Shown: piece by piece, positions 57,010-64,000 of the stretch
Layout: each line of letters opens with the position of its first letter
How positions within the stretch are numbered: position 1 is the stretch's first letter
NCBI GenBank assembly: GCA_965219955.1
Contig: OZ244799.1
Span: 2,720,001-2,784,000 of the forward strand
Direction of reading: 5' to 3'
Source of the DNA: a bacterium
GTDB lineage: Bacteria; UBA8248
DNA length: 64,000 nt
The notes under the pieces: model-generated
What the model saw: the letters and a program-made list of their open reading frames with translations, nothing else
Databases searched by the model: none
Told to the model about the DNA's origin: nothing
Program-made: the position numbers and the translations under genes

Positions 57010-57444
57010 CTAGAACGGAATTTCGCTGTCTGCTCCATCGACTGTCGCCGCCACAGCCGCCGTCTCGGCGTGCGCGCCGTTTCCGTTCCCGTTCGCCTTC
57101 TCGAGGAACTGGATTCTCCCGCCGGGCGCGATGAGGATCTCGGTCGAGAACCGGTCCGAGTCCTCATCATCCTTCTTCCAGCGGCGGGTCTGCAATTTGC
57201 CGGCCACGTAGACCAGGCGGCCCTTCTTCGCGTGGCGTTCGAGCATGTCGACGAGGCCGGGCTGGAAGGTGACGATCCGGTGCCACTCGGTCTTGTCCAC
57301 CCGGTCGCCGGATTGCCGGTCCACGTAGCCCTCATCGGTGGCGATGGAAAGATTCGCGACGCGCCCGCCGCTCGTGAGATGGTTGATGGTGACGTCGGCG
57401 CCGAGACGCCCGATCAGTTCCGCCCTGTTGAGTCCGAATGCCAT
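57010..57444 (-). CDS. ssb: Single-stranded DNA-binding protein
   Basis: LNRAELIGRLG, TEWHRI, KGRLVYVAGKLQTRRW, C-terminal EIPF. AAGGAG RBS. Confidence 0.95.
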   Translation of the reverse strand: MAFGLNRAELIGRLGADVTINHLTSGGRVANLSIATDEGYVDRQSGDRVDKTEWHRIVTFQPGLVDMLERHAKKGRLVYVAGKLQTRRWKKDDEDSDRFSTEILIAPGGRIQFLEKANGNGNGAHAETAAVAATVDGADSEIPF

Positions 57445-57520
57445 TGTAATACTCCTTCATGGTGTGAGTGAGAAAAAGTGACGGGAGAGAGAGCCTTTCT
57501 CTCCACCCCCCCGGTTCGCC

Positions 57521-57646
57521 CTACACGCTGCAAAACTCCTCCTCGCCCCCCGTCTCTTCGCGTATCTTGCGGATCGTGTACGCGTCGAGCCCGAGTTCTG
57601 CGAGCAGTTCGTCCGTGGTGGGAACGTCGACGTCATTCTCGTACAT
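57521..57646 (-). CDS. Acidic 41-aa microprotein, cassette copy 2
   Basis: AGGAGG RBS. MYENDVDVPTTDELLAELGLDAYTIRKIREETGGEEEFCSV*. Confidence 0.8.
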   Translation of the reverse strand: MYENDVDVPTTDELLAELGLDAYTIRKIREETGGEEEFCSV

Positions 57647-57852
57647 GGCCAGGCCTCCTGTCGGGGTTGTCGCCGGCACGGGAGGGAGACCGTCTCCCTC
57701 TCCCCTCCGGGCGTATCGCCCGGCTCCCCGCTTCCCTCTACCTCTCCCGTGGAGGTCCTCATCCGGTGAGGAACGTTCGCCGACACTCCCGGGACTTGCC
57801 TTTGCCGTGGATTCGTGTCAGACAGCGCGCGGACATGAGGAAGGGAGGAGGT

Positions 57853-58308
57853 ATGGAACGACTCCGGTTCCGGATTCCGGCGCTGTTGTGGCTGCCGGCG
57901 GGGATTGTCACCGAAGAGGTTCTGCGCACGGGGTCCGCGCAGGGGATGATGACACTGCTCGCCGCCCCGGAGTTGCTGTCCGCAGCAGCGTGCGGCGTCC
58001 CGCTCGCGCTCGCCTGCAGGCGTCTTTCCCGCTCGGGGTATCCAGGCCCCGCCCTGGTGGCGTGGTTGCTGCTCGGCGCCGCCGCAATGGTGAGCTTCGC
58101 CGGTGCGTTCCCCGCAGGCGTTCAGGCGGTACTGGCCTCCCTTCCGGTATGGGCCGTGGTATGGCGTCTCGAGCGGCGGCCGAGCCGGCTGGAATTCGCT
58201 CCCTCGTCCGAATGGCGCGGGCGCGGAGGTTCGCTCGCCCGGTTCATGCTGCGTGCGTTGAGCGCTCCCGAAGCCCCCCGCCGATACCGCCTCCGGCGGA
58301 CCTCCTGA
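57853..58308 (+). CDS. Small membrane protein, cassette copy 2
   Basis: GGAGGAGG RBS before ATG 57853. Paralogue of 34008..34367. Confidence 0.7.
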   Translation: MERLRFRIPALLWLPAGIVTEEVLRTGSAQGMMTLLAAPELLSAAACGVPLALACRRLSRSGYPGPALVAWLLLGAAAMVSFAGAFPAGVQAVLASLPVWAVVWRLERRPSRLEFAPSSEWRGRGGSLARFMLRALSAPEAPRRYRLRRTS

Positions 58309-58408
58309 CGGCGCCGGGCCGGCTGCGGAGCAGGGCGGCGGCGTACCCTCCCCCCGGCCCGTTCCCCCCGCCGGCGGCCGGCCGGCTACACGTGTGACGG
58401 CAGCCCGG

Positions 58409-59218
58409 CTAACGACCTGTGAGCGCCGCCATCCAGGAGCTCTCCTCGACGACCTCCACCTCATCGCGGGAGAGTTTTTCGAAGGCGAGGCACATCGCCA
58501 CCTCCTCCCATGAGTCCAGTGGCCCGTGCTCGATGCCCGTTTTGAGTTCGACTATGGTGAAGCGCGGCGGAAGGACCGGCATCCCCTTGTGCTCGCCTGA
58601 TGAGTGGTATGAGCGCACTGCGCACGGGGCGCATCTGGCGGCTCCATCGCTTGGGGATTGGCAGTCGACACACACGCCGCGTGCCCGCCTGCCGCGATAG
58701 CGCGTCCTGCTCGCGGCGTTCTTTTGCGGACGGCGCTTCACGTCCCTTGCGGCGCACGAAGCGCACGTCGAAGCCCCATCGCCGGTTTCCGCCCCGCATC
58801 TTCCGCAAAGTCCCCTGGCGCGCCTTTTCTCGTAAAGGGCCCGCTCCGCCGCGCGCCTCGCCTCCCGGCAGGCCTCACAGACGGCGCCGCCCTCTGCGGG
58901 TTTTCGTTTTCCGCAGCGCGGGCACAAGCCGGCCTCGAGGCGCTCGCGCCTTCGCTTCCCCGCCCTCTCGCGCGCCATGCGGCGGCGGCTTTCGGGATTG
59001 CGGCCGCCGTATTGCGCTCCCTCGAGTTTTCCCTTGAGGTATCGGGCGCGCTCGGCGGCCCGGCTTCTTTCCAGGCAGGCCTCGCAAAGACTTCGCCCGG
59101 ACGCAGGGCGTCTGCGTCCGCATTTGACGCATTTGCCCAGCGCGCGGCGCTCGGCCGTCCTGCGCCTGTGGCGTTCGCGCTCGTATTCGCGTCGTCTTTC
59201 AATATCCCTGTGGGGCAT
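58409..59218 (-). CDS. Basic multi-Zn-ribbon protein, cassette copy 2
   Basis: Collinear paralogue of 33105..33917 with all CxxC pairs and DSWEEVAMCLAFEKLSR conserved. Confidence 0.8.
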   Translation of the reverse strand: MPHRDIERRREYERERHRRRTAERRALGKCVKCGRRRPASGRSLCEACLERSRAAERARYLKGKLEGAQYGGRNPESRRRMARERAGKRRRERLEAGLCPRCGKRKPAEGGAVCEACREARRAAERALYEKRRARGLCGRCGAETGDGASTCASCAARDVKRRPQKNAASRTRYRGRRARGVCVDCQSPSDGAARCAPCAVRSYHSSGEHKGMPVLPPRFTIVELKTGIEHGPLDSWEEVAMCLAFEKLSRDEVEVVEESSWMAALTGR

Positions 59219-59294
59219 GGTTTTCTCCGGGTGTCGGTGAAGTCGTTCGGACGGCGAGACGTCTTGCGGGCGGAAGTCCTCCCGGGGGAGTTCC

Positions 59295-59591
59295 TCACCG
59301 GCACAGCATGCGGGCCCAGACGAGGTGCTCGCCCCACAGCTGCAGCCCGCTTCCGGGGACCTTGAGCCCCGTGCAGACGATGAGTTCGTCGCACGCGGGC
59401 CGCATCTCGCGCACCGCCCGGCGCGAGGCCGTCACGCGCTTTCCCTTGCGTTCGCCCGCCTCTGCCGGTGGGAGGGGCCTGATGTCGCCGTCGGCGGACC
59501 TGTAGCGCTTCACTTCGTAGCGCTCATCCGCCAGGCCTTGAGCGAGGAGATGGGTGAGGAAGGTGTCCGCTTCTCTTCGGGGTCTACGCAT
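59295..59591 (-). CDS. Hypothetical protein, cassette copy 2
   Basis: AAGGAGG RBS. Paralogue of 32775..33089. Confidence 0.75.
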   Translation of the reverse strand: MRRPRREADTFLTHLLAQGLADERYEVKRYRSADGDIRPLPPAEAGERKGKRVTASRRAVREMRPACDELIVCTGLKVPGSGLQLWGEHLVWARMLCR

Positions 59592-60056
59592 CGCGCGCCT
59601 CCTTTACGGGGTGGATGGGGGCGGCGGGAACGAGCCTCTCGCGGACTCTCCCCCCGCCGCCCCCTCCCGGCCAGGCTCCGCCTCTTTCCGGCGCGAAGCG
59701 AGTTTTTCAAGGGGCGTGCGCGATGAACGACCGCCCGGTCCCCGGGGCGTTCGCCGCCATGTGAGGCGCGCTGCCATACTGATAACCATCTCCGGGACTT
59801 GCGCCGTTATCACCCCGCCAGCGAAAGATAACGACAAGGTCGTCAGTGATACTTGAGCTGTAGAAAACGATGACTTTCCAGAGAAACAAGGCACGCTATA
59901 AGCTCATCTGGAATATGCGAAGCCTGTTGCCCGATACCGGGGTTCTCCTGTAAATTCGCCCGTTGTTCGTGAGGTATTCAAGAATCGGATATGCCCCGTG
60001 CATCGACTCAGCGTAGTGCCTGAATCGAATTGATGCGCCCGAAAGAAATAATGGTA

Positions 60057-63000
60057 ATGAGCAAAAAGGCGGATACCGGACCTCAAGGAAGTGGCGAGAA
60101 TGAGACGCACTCCTTGAAGGTCTCGAAGAAGGCATTACGTTTGAGGGTTGAACGAAGAGGTTTTGCGTCGCTCTTGTACGCGATACTGCGGCCTAAAGAC
60201 GCCAGGGCAGCTTTCGTGAATGAGCACTCGCTGAGCCTGATGCATGGGTCCGGATACACGGAAATTCCTATCGAGGACATCACGTCGGTCAAGGTCGAAA
60301 CCGGACAGTACTGGAGCCGCATACGCTTCCATCATACCGCAGGATCCGCAACTGTGTCGGGGCTGGAGCGAGATGCCATCAGGGCATTCGCCGAAGTGCT
60401 TGAGACCGCAAGGATATCGTGTTGGCGCCGGACACTGGCAACGCAGGTCATGCAGCTTCAATCGATACTTGAATACCAGGAACATCTCGCGAATCCGCCG
60501 GAGCACATGGCGAGCGTTTTCCTTGAGTTGAGACGCGATGCGGAAAAAGCGGTGAACCAATTCGCGGCTCGTTGGCCGAAGTCGTTGGCGAATGCCCCGG
60601 AAACCCGGCTACTGAAGAAGGTTCAAGACTTTCTGGAAAGCCCGGAGCTTCGGCGGGCGGAAGAAATCGCCAGAGTACGCTGGTGGCGTCGGAAGTTGGC
60701 GACGGAGATCGCAACGCTCCATTCGGTACTTGAGCGCCTGAAGCAACTCGCAAATCCCTCTGAATACCAAGCGAGCAGTATATTCCGTGATCTGAGACAA
60801 GATGCTGAGAAGGCGGTGGCTCAATTTGTGGAGCGTTGGCCCAAGTCATTGCCAAACGCCCCGGATTTCCTGGTAGTGAAGTCGATAAAGGAATTTCTGG
60901 AAGACCCGGAGCGTCTGCGCGCAGAAGTGAACAACACCTTCGTCGAAATGGAATTGAAGAGGTCACAAGGATTCTTCGACCGGATTGAGACCCGACCGCT
61001 TACCGAAGAGCAACGCCGGGCGGTCGTCGTGGATGAGGACCGAAACCTGGTGGTCGCCGCGGCCGGCAGCGGCAAGACCTCGGTGATCGTCGCCAAGGCC
61101 GGATGGCTTCTCCACAGGAAGTACCTGAATCCGTCGGAATTGCTGCTCCTGGCGTTTGCGAAAGACGCCCAGCAAGAGATGGAAGCAAGGGTCCGCAAGA
61201 GACTCGGTGACGAGGCGGCGCAAGGGATGACCGTCAGAACTTTCCACGGTCTGGGACTGGCGATCATTGGTGAGGCCGAAGGCAGGCGGCCGGCTTTGAC
61301 CAAGGCGTCCCAGGACGAAAACGCGCTGTTTAATCTGCTCAAGGACATCGTCAACGAACTGACAGAAGAGCGTAAATTCTTTGCAGACTTACTGAAGTGG
61401 TTCCAGTCGCAGTTCGCACTCTACCGGAGCGAGCATGAATTCAGTTGTTGGGGTGAGTATTGGGAGTATATCCGGAGGCACGAAATAATATCGCTCAAAG
61501 GCGAGAGGGTCCGGAGCTACGAGGAATGCGAGATTGCCAACTTCCTCTATCTAAACGGCGTGCCCTACGAATACGAACGCATTTATCAGCATGAGACCGC
61601 CACGCCCGAGAAGGGTCCATACAAACCGGATTTCTATCTGAACGAAGCCGGAATCTACATTGAGCATTTCGGCCTCGACGCTTCGGGAAACACTGCACCG
61701 CACGTCCCACGGGACAAGTATCTCGAAGAAATGGAATGGAAGCGCGCGATTCACGGAAAACACGGCACTATCCTCATCGAGACATTCAGCCATGAGCATA
61801 CCGCTGGCAAGCTGACCGAGAATCTGGCCGAGAAACTCCGCGCTCATGGCGTAACTCTGTCTCCCATACCCCGTGAAGAGTTCTTCACTGTGCTGAGCCG
61901 GGAGAAACGGATTGACCCTTTCATTCGCCTGTTGGCAACCTTTCTCAAGCACTTCAAGGGCGCGCGGCTTACTTTTCCTGAAGTAGCTCGACGGGCCGCA
62001 GGTCACAGGAACTCTTTGCGGGCTCAAGTCTTCCTCGCCTTGTTCCAGCCGGTCTTTGAGCGATATGAGGAAACACTCTCCGGCTCGGGACAGATCGATT
62101 TTCACGACATGATCTCCAGGGCGACGGACCATGTCGAGGCCGGACGCTATCAAAGCCCATTTGCCTGTGTCCTGGTCGACGAGTTTCAGGACATTTCGCC
62201 GGGCCGGGCGAGGTTGCTCAAGGCGCTCTTGGAGAAATCGCCTGGAGCCCGGCTGTTCGCCGTCGGTGACGACTGGCAGGCGATATACCGCTTCGCCGGC
62301 TCTGACATCGGAATCATGCGGGAATTCAAAGAGCATTTTGGCGACTACGAACGTATCGACCTGGGAACAACTTTTCGATGTGACGAGCGCATCGTCTCAG
62401 TCTCTAACAAATTCATCGTGCGCAACCCTGCGCAGATTCCCAAGACGGTTGCTTCGCCGCATCGGGCGGACGGCCCTTGTGTCCATGTCGGTCTTCCTGG
62501 TGAGCAACGGCTTCCCCTGTTAAACGAGACGCTCGACAAGATTGCCGAAGAGGCCAGTGCTTTCGGGGAAAAATCGAGCGTGCTGTTGCTCGGCCGCTAC
62601 AATCACACGCGACCGAAAAACTTTTCCGCACTCAACAGGATGTATCCGAATCTCTTGATTTCTTTCAAGACTGTACACCGATCCAAGGGCCTTGAGGCGG
62701 ATTACGTCGTGGCGCTCGACCTGTGTGCCGGAAAGCATGGTTTTCCGTCCGAGATCGACGACGAACCACTTTTCGATCTGGTTCTCTCGACGCCCGAAGG
62801 GTATCAGAATGCGGAGGAGCGGCGCCTGTTCTACGTCGCCCTCACCCGTGCGAGACGCCGTGTCTTCCTGCTTGCCGAGGGTGGTCCGATTTCTCCCTTC
62901 ATTACGGAACTGATTGAGGATGGATACGGCGTCACCGTCTTTGGCCGAGCGCCGGAGGACGACGTTTCCTGTCCTGTATGCATAAAGGGACATCTCGTGC

Positions 63001-63275
63001 TGCGCGAAAGGAAAAGAAACGGCGGCAATTTCTATGGTTGTTCGAACTTTCCTTATTGCGAGCATGCGCAGAGACCGTGCCCGCTTTGCGGCAAAGGGTT
63101 GCCGATTAAGGTAGGCAAAGCATTTCGCTGCCGAGATTGCGGCCAATCCATCGAGGCTTGCCCTGAATGCGAAGGCTGGTTACAGATGAAAAACGGTCAA
63201 TATGGTTCTTTTTGGGGATGTTCGAATTATCCTTCGTGCACATTCACCCGCGACCATAGGGAAAATAGTCAATGA
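60057..63275 (+). CDS. UvrD/helicase IV (HelD)-like SF1 helicase with inserted PD-(D/E)xK-like domain and C-terminal topoisomerase-type Zn fingers
   Basis: AAAGSGKT, VDEFQD, VGDDWQAIY, TVHRSKGLE, EERRLFYVALTRAR. Insert RSYEE..IAN.L...YEYE...KPDFY...YIEHFG. C-terminal CPxC...FYGCSNFPYC repeats. Start approximate. Confidence 0.9.
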   Translation: MSKKADTGPQGSGENETHSLKVSKKALRLRVERRGFASLLYAILRPKDARAAFVNEHSLSLMHGSGYTEIPIEDITSVKVETGQYWSRIRFHHTAGSATVSGLERDAIRAFAEVLETARISCWRRTLATQVMQLQSILEYQEHLANPPEHMASVFLELRRDAEKAVNQFAARWPKSLANAPETRLLKKVQDFLESPELRRAEEIARVRWWRRKLATEIATLHSVLERLKQLANPSEYQASSIFRDLRQDAEKAVAQFVERWPKSLPNAPDFLVVKSIKEFLEDPERLRAEVNNTFVEMELKRSQGFFDRIETRPLTEEQRRAVVVDEDRNLVVAAAGSGKTSVIVAKAGWLLHRKYLNPSELLLLAFAKDAQQEMEARVRKRLGDEAAQGMTVRTFHGLGLAIIGEAEGRRPALTKASQDENALFNLLKDIVNELTEERKFFADLLKWFQSQFALYRSEHEFSCWGEYWEYIRRHEIISLKGERVRSYEECEIANFLYLNGVPYEYERIYQHETATPEKGPYKPDFYLNEAGIYIEHFGLDASGNTAPHVPRDKYLEEMEWKRAIHGKHGTILIETFSHEHTAGKLTENLAEKLRAHGVTLSPIPREEFFTVLSREKRIDPFIRLLATFLKHFKGARLTFPEVARRAAGHRNSLRAQVFLALFQPVFERYEETLSGSGQIDFHDMISRATDHVEAGRYQSPFACVLVDEFQDISPGRARLLKALLEKSPGARLFAVGDDWQAIYRFAGSDIGIMREFKEHFGDYERIDLGTTFRCDERIVSVSNKFIVRNPAQIPKTVASPHRADGPCVHVGLPGEQRLPLLNETLDKIAEEASAFGEKSSVLLLGRYNHTRPKNFSALNRMYPNLLISFKTVHRSKGLEADYVVALDLCAGKHGFPSEIDDEPLFDLVLSTPEGYQNAEERRLFYVALTRARRRVFLLAEGGPISPFITELIEDGYGVTVFGRAPEDDVSCPVCIKGHLVLRERKRNGGNFYGCSNFPYCEHAQRPCPLCGKGLPIKVGKAFRCRDCGQSIEACPECEGWLQMKNGQYGSFWGCSNYPSCTFTRDHRENSQ

Positions 63276-63591
63276 GCAAGATACCAACCCAGATGGTCGA
63301 TTCTATGAAGGGAACGAGAAGGTAGGGGAAAGGGAATCGTCCATTGGCAGAATGAGTCCTCATGATAGTTTGCTCTTTACCCTGAGTACCGCGTTCCATT
63401 GGCTTTGCCATGAGGGGGCAGCTATTTTGGCTGGCCTCGCTGCACTTGTGGTTGTTTTCGATTTGCGGTGTTTCACTGCTCAATGTACGAAGTTCGAGGG
63501 GGTCGGAAATTGCGGTAGCGTTTGATATCTTCGCCTTCGAAGCCTGGAGCCCGAGCTTGGAATCCATCACGAGGACAACCGACTAACTTCA

Positions 63592-64000
63592 TTATTCATC
63601 ATCTTCATTCAGATCCGATTCAAATGTCGTTTTCGGGAAGAGTATTTCATCAACGGCTTTCCACGGCGCGGTGGATGGTGGAACATTGCAGTTGTCCCGA
63701 AATGCCCGGTTGTGAAGATACAGGTTTTTGTCCTGGAGTCTTTTGAATTCTTCGCGCATGGCGGGATGACCTGAACTCATGACGACAAAACCCGATCCGA
63801 CTGCTCCGAGGAAAAGCATTATGCCAGCCATCATGGCAAGAGCACCTACCTCATTTGCGGTAATTCCATCCTGGCTGATGTTGATTTTGTGCCTTGCCCT
63901 GAATTCGGCGAAATCTCGATCGTTTGCCTCGATAAGCGTTTCGAGTTTGATGCAGGAGAGCTTTTTCGAGATTTCGGCAGAGAGACTTGCAGGCAAGCCG
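63592..64000 (-). CDS. Hypothetical protein, 5'-truncated by window edge, one TM segment
   Basis: Open frame to the edge, with hydrophobic ALAMMAGIMLFLGAVGSGFVVM. Confidence 0.45.
   Translation of the reverse strand, partial: GLPASLSAEISKKLSCIKLETLIEANDRDFAEFRARHKINISQDGITANEVGALAMMAGIMLFLGAVGSGFVVMSSGHPAMREEFKRLQDKNLYLHNRAFRDNCNVPPSTAPWKAVDEILFPKTTFESDLNEDDE

Larger units (their letters stand above)
34979..64000. mobile_element. Integrative mobilizable element 2 (integrase, T4CP, MOB_F relaxase, defence cargo, oriT, leading region); right end not seen
   Basis: Integrase adjacent to the ssb breakpoint, traD + relaxase present, no MPF/T4SS genes in the window. Confidence 0.65.

Noticed and set aside
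34979-64000. Self-transmissible ICE
   Set aside because: No VirB4/MPF genes in the window, so only mobilizable status is supported. Such genes could lie outside the window.

Overview
GC-rich bacterial window with two parts. Bases 1 to ~14.2 kb are mostly host chromosome: the 3' end of a CdaR/YbbR-type gene, two UGA-readthrough selenoprotein genes (OsmC-like and UGSC-type, each followed by a SECIS-like hairpin), a nucleoside/guanine deaminase, a beta-hydroxyacid dehydrogenase with two LLM oxidoreductases, an orphan split terminase + portal module, amtB, and REP/MITE-like palindromic repeat clusters. From ~14.75 kb to the end the DNA is mobile and appears to be two related, nested elements. Element 1 has tandem tyrosine integrases, osmolyte/amino-acid uptake genes, a DddW/DddK-like cupin, HU, an ankyrin protein, an S8 protease, and a cassette ending in an ssb gene that is cut off at ~34,978. 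Element 2 starts at that break and carries a third integrase, a SIR2-like protein, TraD-like coupling protein, MOB_F relaxase, an ATPase + ATPase-wHTH-TPR gene pair, a type IIG-like RM protein, an RHH protein and a candidate oriT. Beyond the oriT are a leading region with an Frpo-like ssDNA promoter and an inverted, intact second copy of the ssb cassette, then a HelD-like helicase. No T4SS/MPF genes, tRNA, rRNA or CRISPR array were seen. The gene content (secreted ankyrin, S8 protease, LLMs, DMSP/osmolyte functions) suggests a marine host-associated bacterium such as a sponge symbiont; this is inference only. All family assignments come from motif recognition, not from database searches.
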